In this document: in pieces, positions 24,691 through 43,295 of the stretch
Layout of the letters: the number at the start of each line of letters is the position of its first letter
Numbering within the stretch: the stretch's first letter is position 1
Assembly (NCBI GenBank): GCA_009914755.4
Contig: CP086569.2
Span: 13,056,001 to 13,120,000 of the forward strand
Direction: 5' to 3'
DNA: 64,000 bases
From: the human T2T-CHM13v2.0 reference genome, Homo sapiens
Notes under the pieces: model-generated
Told to the model about the DNA's origin: nothing
What the model saw: only the letters and a program-made list of their open reading frames with translations
Database searches by the model: none
Translations under genes and position numbers: made by a program

Positions 24691-25075
24691 AAGTGTTCTC
24701 ATTGTTCAATTACCACCTATGAGTGAGAATATGCGGTGTTTGGGTTTTTTTCCTTGCGATAGTTTACTGAGAATGATGATTTCCAACATCACACTCTGGG
24801 GACTGTTGTGGAGTCGGGGGAGGGGGGAGGGATAGCTTTGGGAGATATACCTAATGCTAGATGACGAGTTAGTGGGTGCAGCGCACCAGCATGTCACATG
24901 TATACATACGTAACTAACCTGCACGTTGTGCACATGTACCCTAAAACTTAAAGTATAATAATAATAAGAAGAAGAAAATATGTAACAGTAAGCAATAATA
25001 CAAATTAAAATATAATACAGTAAAAAAAAGAAAAAAAGAAAAAATAAACTTATTTTGCCATTCCGGAAAAAAAAA
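24691..25075 (+). mobile_element. Short (~390 bp) L1 3'-end insertion with 5' inversion. 24691–24783 is the inverted ORF2 C-terminal/stop region; 24784–25075 is the 3' UTR plus A-rich tail. Flanked by a 13-bp TSD, GAAAATTCACCTT.
   Basis: 24691–24783 is the rc of ...GGAAATCATCATTCTCAGTAAACTATCGCAAGGAAAAAAACCCAAACACCGCATATTCTCACTCATAGGTGGTAATTGAACAATGAGAACACTTGGACACAGG. 24784 onward is AACATCACACTCTGGGGACTGTTGTGGAGTCGGGGGAGGGGGGAGGGATAGCTTTGGGAGATATACCTAATGCTAGATGACGAGTTAGTGGGTGCAGCGCACCAGCATG... GAAAATTCACCTT occurs at 24678–24690 and again at 25083–25095. Confidence 0.85.
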
Positions 25076-25462
25076 AAAAGAAAATTCACCTTGAAAGACC
25101 CACAGAAATCAACATCTCATTCTCAGAGATTTATTCAAAACAAAACATAAAGTTGGATTCTAAACAAAGAATTAAAAGGAAGAAAATCTCTCTATATTTT
25201 AGAACAAAATAGGGGAAAATTACAAGTGTTTTTCTTATACAGGACTCAGAGAATTTCATTAAGAACCGTCAAGATAACTCAGGTCCAACTTTTTGTTTTG
25301 AAGCTGAAAAAGCTGAAATCTAGAGATAAGGTGATCTGTTCAGAATCCTACAAAGAAGAAAATGTACAAGACTGAATGGTTTCTCATCAGAGCTTAATCT
25401 CTTTCCAACCTGCTTCGCTGTATGCAGGAGTCTTGTGCAACTGATACATTAAAAAAATAAGA

Positions 25463-25773
25463 GGCCAGGCACAGTGGCTCACATCTGTAATGTCAGAGCC
25501 TTGGGAGGCCATGGTGAAAGGATGGCTTGAGGCAAGGAGTTTGACCCCAGCCTATGCAACATAGTGAGACCCGCCCCCTCACCAATCTCTACAAAAAATT
25601 AAAAACTTAGCTGGGCATGGTGATGCACAGCTGTAGTCCCAGCTACTCAAGAGGCTGAGGCAGGAGGATCACTTGAGCCCAGGAGTTAAAAGCTGCAGTG
25701 AGCTATTATTTTACCGCTGAACTCCAGTCTCGGTGGCAGACTAAGATCCTGTCTAAAAAAAAAGAAAGAAAAG
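25463..25773 (+). mobile_element. Alu (older, AluJ-like).
   Basis: GGCCAGGCACAGTGGCTCACATCTGTAATG...poly-A/GAAA tail. Confidence 0.85.
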
Positions 25774-25885
25774 GGATTGAATAGTGCTTAATCAGTTAAT
25801 CCCTAATCCGTAATGATATACAACTTTCAAGATTCTCGTATTTTAATTAACTTTCTCTATTTATCATACTTTTCAATCCCCCTTT

Positions 25886-26181
25886 TCTTTTTTTTTTTTT
25901 GAGAGAGAGTCTCACTCTGTCACCCAGGCTGGAGTGCAGTAGTAATATTTCAACTTACTGCAACCTCCACCTCTCAGGTTCAAGCATTTATCATGTATCA
26001 GCCACCACAGCAGCTGGAATGACAGGTGTGAACCACCACACCAGGCTAATTTTTGTATTTTTGGTAGAGACAGAATCTCATCATGTGTGCTAGGTTGGTC
26101 TTGAACTTCTGGCCTCAAGTGATCCACATTCTTCAGCCTCTCAAACTGCTAGGATTACAGGTGTGAGCCACAGTGCCCAGC
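25886..26181 (-). mobile_element. Alu, minus orientation.
   Basis: Poly-T, GAGAGAGAGTCTCACTCTGTCACCCAGGCTGGAGTGCAGT...GTGAGCCACAGTGCCCAGC. Confidence 0.9.
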
Positions 26182-26261
26182 TCAAATTTACTTTTACAGT
26201 ATCTGCTTTTAAAATTGTGCACCAAAAATTCAGGCTGTTTCTATTTTCTTTGATATAGTAG

Positions 26262-26320
26262 ATTCGTGTGTGTGTGTGTGTGCATGCACACATGTTCATT
26301 TGTGTGTGTGCTAGTTGGTT
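26262..26320. repeat. (GT)n microsatellite.
   Basis: gtgtgtgtgtgtgtgtgcatgcacacatg...tgtgtgtgtg. Confidence 0.85.
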
Positions 26321-26917
26321 AGCCATTATTTTATCATCTTCTCCCTAAATTATGCATCCTAAATTCCAGCTCCCCTTTAAGCGAGGTGTGTCGGTTCTGT
26401 GCCTGTAGGTTGCATTCTACTTGCTTGTATGAATCTGCCTGTCACTCTCACAAATGACGCCACTTCTGCAAGATCAAACACATTTCTCATGACTGCACCA
26501 CTGTCCATATTTCTTTCCTGGAAGCTTTATGTCATTGCCTTAGATTAGCTCATTTATTTCCTACTGACTTCACAACAACAATGTGCCCTTGCCATTTTTG
26601 CAATTAAAAAGATGTCTTCCTTTTTGAAGTCATCCCATTAAAACCTTTCCTGAAATCACAATGAATGTGTCCTGTTGTTCTTTCATATTTTCCAACAGAA
26701 GCAGGAATCTTCATCTTTGATCAAATATCTCATTCTCTTTTTCATGAATTTTCCCCAAATTTACATGTCCTTATCTATGGCCAAATCATGTAATTTTGAG
26801 AAATCAATTTTGGCTACTCTCACGTGATACTCAGTTAAAGGTCTTATAATTTCTGGGCAATTGTATCCACTATGTTTTTTAAATATTATTAGTTTAATTA
26901 TATAATTATGCATTACT

Positions 26918-27188
26918 GAGGCAGGGTCTGAAATGCAGTAGTGCAGTCATAGCTCACTGCAGCCTTCACTTCCTGGGCTCAGGTGATTCCCCTACTTCAG
27001 CCTCCCAAGAACCTGGAAGCACCTGGAAGTGGACTGTGCCACTACGCCCAGCTAATTTTTGTATTTTTTGTAGAGATGAGATTTCGCAGTGTTGCTCAGA
27101 CTGGTCTCAAACTCTTTGGCTTAAGCAATCCTCCCACCTCAGCCTCCCAATGTGCCAGAATTACTAGCATGAGATACTGTGCCCAGCC
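26918..27188 (-). mobile_element. Alu, minus orientation, lacking a tail.
   Basis: GAGGCAGGGTCTGAAATGCAGTAGTGCAGTCATAGCTCACTGCAGCC...CTCAGCCTCCCAATGTGCCAGAATTACTAGCATGAGATACTGTGCCCAGCC. Confidence 0.8.
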
Positions 27189-27334
27189 CAATATTATTAT
27201 TTTTTATTGCTAAAAAATGGTAAAATTATAGATATAATTGAAGAATATTGTATGACATATAGTATCTGGGATCTCACAACCCAGAAAGTCAACCTTAACA
27301 TTTTGGAAAATTCTTTTAAAAAATACTGGTTTGC

Positions 27335-27845
<511 letters not shown>

Positions 27846-27851
27846 GAGTGA

Positions 27852-28230
<379 letters not shown>

Positions 28231-28357
28231 TAAATGATCACTGTGGTTCCATCCTAGTGACACAAGAGGCTGAGCAAATGCACTCACACTTCCTCTTACC
28301 ATTGACACATGGAATTTCAGGTTAAAAAACCCAATCACTAAAATAAATGAAACCTCA

Positions 28358-29034
<677 letters not shown>

Positions 29035-30317
29035 TTAACATCTCAGAAGACACACAGTTCAGACAGACTAGAAATGAAACCTCACCAACAGACAGACAAA
29101 AAAGCCAGAGCCGGAAATTAGTTCCCTCAAGAAGCAACGTATGACTGCTTAAAGAGTTAACCTTGCCCACTGCCTAGAGAGAGCAGATTTATCTAGATAG
29201 GGGAATTGCAATAGAGAAACATTAATTCAGGCAGAGCCACCTATGAGGGAGACTGAAGTTTTATTATTTCTTCAATCAGTCTCCCTGAGCATTCCAGGAT
29301 CAGAGTTTTTAAGGACAACTTGGTGGGTCGGGGAAGCCAGTGAGCCAGGATTTCTGATTGGTCAGGGATGAAACCATAGGGAATTAAAGCTGTCCTCTTG
29401 CTGAATCACTTCCTGGATGGGGGGGCCAATTTATTGATCTGAGTGGTGCCAGCTGATTCATCAAGTGCAGGGTCTGCAAAATATCTCAAGCACTGAACTT
29501 AGGAGCAGTTTAGGGAGGGCTAGAATCTTGTAGTCTCCAGGTGCATGACTCCTAACCCACAATTTCTAATCTTGTGGCTAATATTAGTCCTAAAAATGCA
29601 GTCTAGTCCCCAGGCAAGAAGAAGATCTGCTTTGGAAAGGGCTGTTATCATCTATATTTTAAACTATAAGCTAATTTTCTCCCATAGTTCAGCCTACACC
29701 TAGGAACAAAAAAGGACAGCTTAGAGGTGAGAAGCAAGATGGACTTGGTTAGGTTAGACCTCTTTGACTGTCTCAGTCACAATTTTTCAAAGGCGATTTC
29801 ATCAGGACATCAGTGAAACAGTTCCTTTATTGCACTTGTACATACAAGGCAAGACCTAGAGAAAATCCTGGGAAGCTTAAAATTTCTTAAATAGAAATTA
29901 ACCCTTTTCTTTGCTTAACTGGCCAAACACTACTCTATGCAGTGAGAATTTATGATATCCTCTTTCTCTGTCACCCCACAAGTAAAGTCCATTCTCAAAG
30001 CTGAGAAACAAAGTTTGTCAATTTGGAATTGCCTGTCATGGAAGTCAAAAGTAGAACTGCAGTCAAAATTTGGTAATTTTTGAAAAAAACTTTTTTTTTC
30101 CTCCCTGAAGTTTGGTTTGTTCCATGACAATCCTCTGGCTCTTGGTGTTGAAGAACGATCTTGTCTTTGTTTTCTTAAACTGCATAATTCTCCTACATAT
30201 ATTACAAGTGTCTGGTGCTTATCAATATACATTCTTAACAGATAACACACTCCCAATAGGGACATCATTTTTTTGGATTGCCTTCGTGTCTCTGACATTG
30301 CTTCCTTTAAGGTGAGT

Positions 30318-31068
<751 letters not shown>

Positions 31069-31125
31069 AGATTTATTTCTTAGTTGATGCAGAGAAATTA
31101 ATTGGGGGTTTAAAAAAAACATCGC

Positions 31126-31430
31126 GGCCCAGCATGGTGGCTCACGCCTGTAATCCCAACACTTTGGGATGCCGAGGTGGGTGGATCACCTGAGGTCGGG
31201 AGTTCAAGACCAGCCTGGGCAACATGGCAAAATTCTATCTCTAACAAAATTACAAAAGTTAGCCGGGCTTGGTGGTGAGCATCTGTAATCCCAGCTACTC
31301 AGGAGGCTGAGGCAGGAGAATCATTGAACCTGAGAGGCGAGGGTGGCAGTGAGCTGAGATTGCACCACTGCACTCCCGCCTGGATGACAGAGTGAGACTC
31401 CATCTTAAAAAAATAAACAAACAAATAAAA
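31126..31430 (+). mobile_element. Alu, plus orientation.
   Basis: GGCCCAGCATGGTGGCTCACGCCTGTAATCCCAACACTTTGGGATGCCGAGGTGGGTGGATCACCTGAGGTCGGGAGTTCAAGACCAGCCTGG...(AAAC/AAAT)-rich tail. Confidence 0.9.
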
Positions 31431-31934
31431 ACATAGTATCACACAGTCTGGAATTCTAAATCAATTCTGCATACATTCTCTGGATTACCTTATATCTGCA
31501 AAGGTGTTACAATAATATAGTAACATATATGCACTTGTCAAAACCCAGAGAGTGTACAACGGAAGTGGTAAACCTGATAGAAACTATGGACTTTAGTTGA
31601 AAAATAATGTATTGTGAAGGGAAAATATATCTCATGATACCAAAATTATTAATCCAAAGGGAAAAGTCAAACTGGGAACTGTGTCAGGCAAACCTGACTC
31701 CCATTCTATTCCTGAATAAGATAACTGCAAAGATGAAAAAGCTATATCCTTCCCTCACAATTTGTCCACAAGGAAATTCCTTGTGGACAAAGGGAAGAAG
31801 AAACTCAAAGTCATCACTTGGCTCCTGTAAGATAAGTGCATATCTGATGACTTCCTCTGTCCTGTTGTTTCACTAAACCAGACTGAGGCATAAGTGACTA
31901 ATTCCTGTAAATTAAATTTTGCATTCAGTGAAAG

Positions 31935-32254
31935 GCTAATCAGAAACTCAAAAAAAGTAACCATTTTTTTCTCTTATCTACCTAAGATCTGCAACTCCCT
32001 TCCACCTTAGAGTTGCCCTTCCTTTCCAGTCTGAACCAATGCACTTCTTACATGTATTGATTGATGTCTCATATTTCTGTAAAATATATAAAACCAAGTT
32101 CTGACCTGACCACCTTGGCCAATCAGTGCTCTGTAAGATGCACCAATCAGCATGAGTTTAAAAGTAGCCAATCATGGGGAGGATTGAAAAAGGGCACTCT
32201 GATAGGACAGAAATGGAACGTGGGAGGGGCCAATAACGGACTCAAAGCTGATCA
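31935..32254 (+). mobile_element. LTR-X copy 2 (5' part only) followed by LTR12-like CCAAT-box repeats and the TATA-proximal segment. This is the 5' flank of the full-length L1 insertion.
   Basis: ...ACATGTATTGATTGATGTCTCATATTTCTGTAAAATATATAAAACCAAGTTCTGACCTGACCACCTTGG, then CCAATCAGTGCTCTGTAAGATGCACCAATCAGCATGAG...GTGGGAGGGGCCAATAACGGACTCAAAGCTGATCAGG. Compare LTR12 ...CACCAATCAGC...GTGGGTGGGGCCAGATAAGAGAATAAAAGCAGGCTGCC. Confidence 0.5.
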
Positions 32255-33298
32255 GGGGTGGAGCTAAGATGGCTGAATAGGGACAGCTCCAGTCACTCTA
32301 CAGTCGCTCTACAGCTCTCAGCATGAGCGACACAGAAGACGGGTGATTTCTGCATTTCCAACTGAGGTACCGGGTTCATCTCACTGGGGAGCGTTGGAAA
32401 GCACGTGCCGGACAGTGGGTGCAGTGCACCGAGTGTGAGCCAAAGCAGGGCGAGGCATGGCCTCACCTGGGAAGTACAAGGGGTCAGGGAATTCCCTTTC
32501 CTAGTCAAAGAAAGGAGTGACAGACAGCAGCTGGAAAATCATGTCACTCCCACCCTAATACTGCACTCTTCCAATGGTCTTAGCAAATGGCACACCAGGA
32601 GATTATATCACATGCCTGGCTCAGAGGGTCCTATGCCCACGGAGCCTCACTCATTGCTAGCACTACAGTCTGAGATCAAACTGCAAGGCAGCAGCGAGGC
32701 TGGGGGTGGGGTGACCTTCATTGCTGAGGTTTGAGTAGGTAAACAAAGCAGCTGGGAAGCTCAAACTGGGTGGAGCCCACTGCAGCTCAAGAAGGCCTGC
32801 CTGCCTCTGTAGACTCCACCTCTGGGGGTGGGGCATTGCCAAACAAAAGGCAGCAGAATCCTCTGCAGACTTAAACGTCCCTATCTGACAGTGTTGAAGA
32901 GAGAGTAGTGGTTCTCCCAGCACACAGCTGGAGATCTGAGAATGGACAGACTGCCTCCTCAAGTGGTTCCCTGACCCCTGAGTAGCTTAACTGGGAGGCA
33001 CCCCCGAGTAGAGGCAGACTGACAACTCACACAGGCAGGTACTTCTCTGAGAAAAAACTTCCAGAGGAACGATCAGGCAGCAACATTTTTTGTTTACCAA
33101 TATCTGCTGTTCTGCAGCCTCCACTGTTGATACCCAGGAAAACAGGGTCTGGAGTGGACCTCCAACAAACTCCAACAGACCTGCAGCTGAGGCTCCTGAC
33201 TGTTAGAAGGAAAACTAACAAACAGAAAGGACATCCACACTGAAATCCCATCTGTACGTCACCATCATCAAAGACCAAAGGTAGATAAAGCCACAAAG

Positions 33299-34330
33299 AT
33301 GGGGAAAAAACAGAGCAGAAAAGCTGGAAACTCTAAAAATCCAAGTGCCTCTCCTCCTCCAAAGGAATGCACCTCCTCACCAGAAATTGAACAAAGCTGG
33401 ATGGTGAATGACTTCAATGAATTGAGAGAAAAAGGGTTCAGACAATCAAACTACTCCAAGCTAAAGGACAAAGCTTGAACCCATGGCAAAGAAGGTAAAA
33501 ACCTTGAGAAAAAATTAGACGAATGGCTAACTAGAATAACCGATGCAGAGAAGTCTTTAAAGGACCTGATGGAGCTGAAAACCAAGGTATGAGAACTAAG
33601 TGATGAATGCACAAGCCTCAGTAGCCAATTCGATCACCTGGAAGAAAGGGTATCAGGGATGGAAGATCAAAAAATGAAATGAAGTGAGAAGAGAAGATTA
33701 GAGAAAAAAGAATAAAAAGAAATGAACAAAGCCTCCAAGAAATATGGGATGATGGAAAAGACCAAATCTACATCTGATTGGTGTACCGGAAAGTGATGGG
33801 GAGAATGGAACCAAGTTGGAAAACACTGTGCAGGGTATTCTCCAGGAGAACTTCCCCAATCTAGTAAAGCAGGCCAACATTCAAATTCAGGAAATACAGA
33901 GAATGCCACAGAGATACTCCTCAAGAAGAGCAACTCGAAGACACATAATTGTCAGATTCACCAAAGTTGAAATGAAGGAAAAAAATGCTAAGGGCAGCCA
34001 GAGAGAAAGGTCGGGTTACCCTCAAAGGGAAGCCCATCAGACTAACAGCGGATCTCTTGGCAGAAACTCTACAAGCCAGAAGAGAGTGGGTGCCAATATT
34101 CAACATTCTTCAAGAGAAGAATTTTCACCCCAGAATTTCATATCCAGACAAACTAAGCTTCATAAGTGAAGGAGAAATAAAATACTTTACAGACAAGCAA
34201 ATGCTGAGAGATTTTGTCACCACAAGGCCTGCCCTAAAACAGCTCCTGAAGGAAGCACTGACATGGAATGGAATAACCAGTACCAGCTGCTGCAAAAACA
34301 TGCCAAATTATAAAGACCATAAATGCTAGG
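33299..34330 (+). pseudogene. L1 ORF1 remnant (frameshifted).
   Basis: Pieces in different frames: 33816..34169 (…FPNLVKQANIQIQEIQRMPQRYSSRRATRRHIIVRFTKVEMKEK…) and 33985..34329 (…GKPIRLTADLLAETLQARREWVPIFNILQEKNFHPRISYPDKLSFISEGEIKYFTDKQMLRDFVTTRPALKQLLKEAL…). Confidence 0.85.
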
Positions 34331-34376
34331 AAGAAACTACATCAATTAATGGGCAAAATAACGAGCTAACATCATA

Positions 34377-38199
<3,823 letters not shown>

Positions 38200-38418
38200 A
38201 CAATGAGAACACATGGACACAGGAAAGGGAACATCACACACCAGGGCCTGTTGTGTGGTCATGGGGAGAGGGAAGGGATAGCATCTGGAGATACACCTAA
38301 TGTTAAATGGAGTTACTGGGTGCAGCACACCAACATGGCACATGTATACATATGTAACTAACCTGCACATTGTGCACATGTACCATAAAACTTAAAGTAA
38401 AATTTAAAAAAAGAAAAG

Positions 38419-38635
38419 CCAACCACCACAGCCAACAGCAGCAACCTGCTGCGGTTTCCTTCCACACAGTGGAAGCTTTGTCCTTTCGCTCTTCACAACA
38501 AACATTGCTACTGCTCACCCTTTGGGTCTGTGCCATCTTTAAGAGCTGTAACACTCACTGCGAAGGTCCGTGGCTCTATTCTTGAAGTCAGAGAGACCAC
38601 GAGCCCACCAGCAGGAACCAACTCCAGACACAATG
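38419..38635 (+). mobile_element. LTR12-like R–U5 fragment, forming the 3' flank of the full-length L1.
   Basis: ...CAGCAACCTGCTGCGGTTTCCTTCCACACAGTGGAAGCTTTGTCCTTTCGCTCTTCACAACAAACATTGCTACTGCTCACCCTTTGGGTCTGTGCCATCTTTAAGAGCTGTAACACTCACTGCGAAGGTCCGTGGCTCTATTCTTGAAGTCAGAGAGACCACGAGCCCACCAGCAGGAACCAACTCCAGACACAATG, against the LTR12 R–U5 consensus-like sequence. Confidence 0.7.
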
Positions 38636-38692
38636 CCACTGTACTCCAGCCTGGGTGATGGAGTGAGACTCCATCTCAAAAAAAAAAAAAAA
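38636..38692 (+). mobile_element. Alu 3'-end fragment with poly-A.
   Basis: CCACTGTACTCCAGCCTGGGTGATGGAGTGAGACTCCATCTCAAAAAAAAAAAAAAA. Confidence 0.8.
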
Positions 38693-38761
38693 TTCTAAGC
38701 CTCCCCCCAACCGACTGTCTGAATCTGAATGGACCCCTCCTCTTGGACAAGTACTTTCCTA

Positions 38762-39105
<344 letters not shown>

Positions 39106-39219
39106 ATACTGGTTCAGGCCATGGCAGGAAGGGAAGGTTGGATAAGCTTCATTATACCCTTCTCCTTTTGGAATTCAGGGAAAACTGACTAGAATTAACA
39201 TTGCCACAGTCTTTCAGTT

Positions 39220-40185
39220 TGATAAGTAACATTTATAATCTATTCTCTCTGAAACCTGCTACCTGGAGGCTTCATCCATGTGATAGTAATAAAACCTTGG
39301 TCTTCCCAACCTTTTATCGTCACAACCCAGGCATTCCTTTCTATTGATAATAACTCAACCAATTGCAAATCAGAAAATTTTTTACTCTACCTATGACCTG
39401 GAAGCTCCCCCAGCGTGGCGCTGTCCTGCCTTTCCAAATTGAACAAATGTACATCTGACATGTATTTGATTATTGTCTCGTGTCTCCCTAAAATATATAA
39501 AACTAGGCAGTGCTCCAACCACCTTAGATGCATGTCCTCAAGCTCTCCTGAGGGCTGTGTTATCAGAGGCATTTGGACCAGGGCAACTCCATCTTGAGTA
39601 CGGGATGGGTAAAATAAGGTTGACACCTACTGGGCTGCATTCCCAGAAAGTTAAGTCATTCTAACTGACAAGAAGAGACAGAACATTGGCACAAGATACA
39701 GACCACAAAGGCCTTGCCTATAAAACAGCATACTGTAAAGAAGCTGGCCAAATCCCACCAAAACCAAGATGGCAATGAGTGACATCTGGTTGTCCTCAGT
39801 GCTCATTATACACTAATTATAATGCATTAGTGGCTAAAAGACACTCTCACCAGTGTCATGACAGCTTACATATACCATGGCAACATCAGGAAGTTACCCT
39901 ATATGGTCCCAAAAGGGGAGGAATTCGGGTCTGGGAAATGCCCACCCCTTTCCCAGAAAACTCACCCCTTGTTTAGCATATAATCAAGAAGTCTTAATAA
40001 CAATAAGTACAAGCAGTTGAGTAGCCCACATCGCTGCTCTGCCTACAGATTAGTCATTCTTTTATTCCTTTAGCTTCTTAATAAACTTGCTTTCACTTTA
40101 TGAACTCACACTGAATTCTTTCTTGTATGAGGTCTAAGAACCCTCTCTTGGAGTCAGGATCGGGACCCCTATTCTGTAACAGCAT
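39220..40185 (+). mobile_element. LTR-X copy 3, the most complete uninterrupted copy (~0.95 kb).
   Basis: Collinear with copy 1 pieces. Contains ...TGTATTTGATTATTGTCTCGTGTCTCCCTAAAATATATAAAACTAGG...CTCCATCTTGAGTACGGGATGGGTAAAATAAGGTTGACACCTACTGGGCTGCATTCC...CTTAATAAACTTGCTTTCACTTTATGAACTCACACTGAATTCTTTCTTG...GGATCGGGACCCCTATTCTGTAACA. Confidence 0.5.
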
Positions 40186-40845
40186 CACAGGTCATTGGTC
40201 ACTGATATTTGAATCAACATAAATTTCCTCAAATATTTCATAGAGTTTGACCTTTTTACATTGACAAGGGTATATAAGACCTCTATGTATTTTCTGGTTA
40301 TTTTTCTGTAAGACTAAAAATGCCCTAAAAATAAAGTCTATTATCTTAGAGTGAGCCAAAACAAGAAAAATGAATGCCCTTTATTTGCATACTTATATTT
40401 TTACTAAAATATTTAACTTACAAATGAAGATACTGAATTACTTACTCCTCATCTCTAGTACCTGTAGATTCTCCGCAGTGGAACAGTTTAATGGTGTTCA
40501 TGCCTCCCCATATGCAAATAATAGCCCTCTTTCCCCAGCCCTTGCACTGCAGTAGGATATCGTGGGTGACTAAACCCCATGGTTCTCTTCCTGCTCACCA
40601 TGTGGGCTGCCTGGAAAGTCGACAGGCCGTCAGCATACAGAAAGAAGGCCAGAATTGTGAAGCAATCCAGCCCAAGGATTCAATACATTTAGGTGGCTTC
40701 ATTTTCATCCTTAGGTGATGATCTACTTCAGTCAGGAACACTGCTTTCTAACTGAAGCTTATTGACACCGAGAGATGTTTAATTATTTTACTCCCTATGA
40801 AGTGATGTTGAGAGGTGAAACCAGCTGGACTTCCTGGGTCGAATG

Positions 40846-41323
40846 GGGACTTGCAGAATTTTTCTGTCTAGCTAGAGGATTGTAAACACACCAATCAGCA
40901 CCCTGTGTCTAGCTAAAGGATTGTAAATGCACCAAACAGCGCTCTGTGTCTAGCTAAAGGATTGTAAATGCACTAGTCAGCACTATGTAAAAATGTACTA
41001 ATCAGTGCTCTGTATAGCTAAAGGATTGTTAATGCACCAATCAGCACTCTGTAAAAATGCAGCAATCAGCACTCTGTCTCTAGCTAAAGGATTGAAAATG
41101 CACCAATCAGCACTCTGTAAAATCGACCAATCAGCACTCTGTAAAATGGACCAATCAGCAGGACCCCACTGGAAGGAAGAAACTCTGGACACATAGGAAA
41201 GAACAAACTCTGTACACACCATCTTTTGGAGCTGTAACACTCACTGTGAAGGTCCACAGCTTTATTCTTAACATCAGCAAGGCCAAGAACCCACTGGAAG
41301 GAACCAACTCTAGACACAATGTG
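40846..41323 (+). mobile_element. LTR12-family fragment: CCAAT-box tandem repeats plus a U5-like end. Lacks the GC-rich 5' U3 and the TATA/AATAAA segment.
   Basis: GGGGACTTGCAGAATTTTTCTGTCTAGCTAGAGGATTGTAAACACACCAATCAGCACCCTGTGTCTAGCTAAAGGATTGTAAATGCACCAAACAGC... (7 CCAAT-type repeats) ...GGAGCTGTAACACTCACTGTGAAGGTCCACAGC...CCAACTCTAGACACAATGTG. Confidence 0.7.
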
Positions 41324-42533
41324 ATGTGTCTCCCCTTTGCCTTATGAATATTCCCTATTTATAAAGGCAGATCGATTAAAATTTTACATCCCAGTCCAGT
41401 CACCTTTCTTTCTTGATCTGTAAAACAAAAAGGAAACTATTCATTAAAAAAGAAAACAGAGGGTTTCAGTGTTTAAACAGAACCCTCTTTCTTCTAAGAG
41501 ACTGTGACTAATCAGGAGGCTACATGAAAATGTAATCCATTGCCAGCTTGCAGACAAAACATTTGGCCACTCTGGGGCCACTTGCTCCCCTCTCTAAGCC
41601 TTCATCTTTTTACTGGCAAAATAAATTTGCAAATGAGGGTACTAGTAATCACCAAAAGTGATGATGAAGACCTTAACAAGCATCGAGTCATATTTGTAGT
41701 AGTATTTTTCATAAAAGGGATAGCGTCCTGATTAACGGGGTAAATTTTCATATTGGTAGTACTTATTTTATCAAAATGATGTTCCCCAGACAAAGCTTCT
41801 CTGTCTGCATCCAAATAATCACTTATGTATGCTTGCACTCACCTGTCCAACCTTTCTAGGGATCAGGAAGCCAAAAATTGAAGGGCATTCTATCCCTGTT
41901 TCTCCTTTACGCAGTCACTACTTCCTCCAATTGTAAGAAACATAGGTAGCAAAATGTTATCATTGAATGCCATCTCAGGAGGAAATGCTTCCTGAGTTAG
42001 CCAGAGTTCTCCAGATAAACTGCCAATAGAAACCAGGATATGTGCCTTCTGTTTGCCAGGGGAATGTCACAAAATCCCTGATGGAGTGACTTCAGCCCTG
42101 TGGAAGAAAGCCCTGAGGGTGATAAATGGGATAAATCAAGCACGTGTTCCCACACCTCTTACCTGGATCACTGCATTTTTAGAAAAGATTATTTCAATGC
42201 TCCTAGCCCCTGCCCCTTCCTGCACATAAGATAATGTCTGACAGGATTAATAACTATGCCTCTGTAATCTATAAACAGTTGTTCCCTGGCGCTCAAACCT
42301 TGATGAGAACTGGCTCTAATGCAACACCTGAGCACATCTGAGGTGACTTCTGAGAACATGTGTTGTGACTTCTATGACTTCTGAACACATTTGTTGTAAC
42401 TTCTGAGCACCTGCATAACCTCTAGCACCTGTATATAAGCTGTGGGTTGAAACACTGTTTTGGAGCAGTCTAACAGAAACTCTCTGAAAGATTCGGGGAT
42501 TGCAATCTTCAGTAAGATATTGAATAAAACTAA

Positions 42534-42881
<348 letters not shown>

Positions 42882-43017
42882 TATTTTTTAATTTTTACAT
42901 AGAGGCAGGGTCTCACCATCTTGTCCAGGCTGATCTTGAACTCTTGGACTCAAGTAATCCTCCTGCCTTGGCTTCCCAAATTCCTGGAATTACAGGTATG
43001 AGCCTCCATGCCTAGCC
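42882..43017 (-). mobile_element. Partial Alu (monomer-length, FLAM-like), minus orientation.
   Basis: GAGGCAGGGTCTCACCATCTTGTCCAGGCTGATCTTGAACTCTTGGACTCAAGTAATCCTCCTGCCTTGGCTTCCCAAATTCCTGGAATTACAGGTATGAGCCTCCATGCCTAGCCC. Confidence 0.7.
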
Positions 43018-43074
43018 CTGATTTTGCATTTAGTAGATAGATACATAGATGATTGATAGATAGGTACGTAGATG

Positions 43075-43295
43075 ATAGACCCAGGGCATATATATTATCA
43101 TATAGACTCCCTTTCCACATGGAGGACTGCATATATATTATTATATATATGATAGACTCCCCTTCCACCTGGAAGAATAGACCCAGGGCATATATTATCA
43201 TATCTGTGGTAGACTCACCTTCCACCTGGAGAACTGGAGGCAGAGCATATATTATCTTATAAATGGTAGACTCTTTTTCCACCAGATGGACTGGA
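43075..43295 (-). repeat. Short diverged array (~4 units) of the ~55–58-bp tandem repeat, in the inverse orientation relative to the main array at 44590–46660.
   Basis: GACCCAGGGCATATATATTATCATATAGACTCCCTTTCCACATGGAGGACTG...ATAGACTCCCCTTCCACCTGGAAGAATAGACCCAGGGCATATATTATCATAT... is the reverse complement of the GGTCTA(C/T)TCCTCCAGGTGGAAGGGGAGTCTACCATATATATGATAATATATGCCCTGG unit. Confidence 0.7.

Noticed and set aside
29930-30298. 122-aa minus-strand ORF upstream of the MaLR LTR at 30318.
   Set aside because: It has no recognisable family signature. It may lie in MaLR-internal or other repeat-derived sequence abutting the LTR. There is not enough support to call a gene or pseudogene.
38419-38692. 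Possible L1 3' transduction: L1 poly-A followed by ~215 bp, then another poly-A.
   Set aside because: The ~215 bp aligns with LTR12 R–U5 and is consecutive in LTR12 coordinates with the L1's 5' flank. So it is the other half of the LTR the L1 inserted into. The second poly-A belongs to an Alu 3' fragment (CCACTGTACTCCAGCCTGGGTGATGGAGTGAGACTCCATCTC…). A transduction is unnecessary to explain it.
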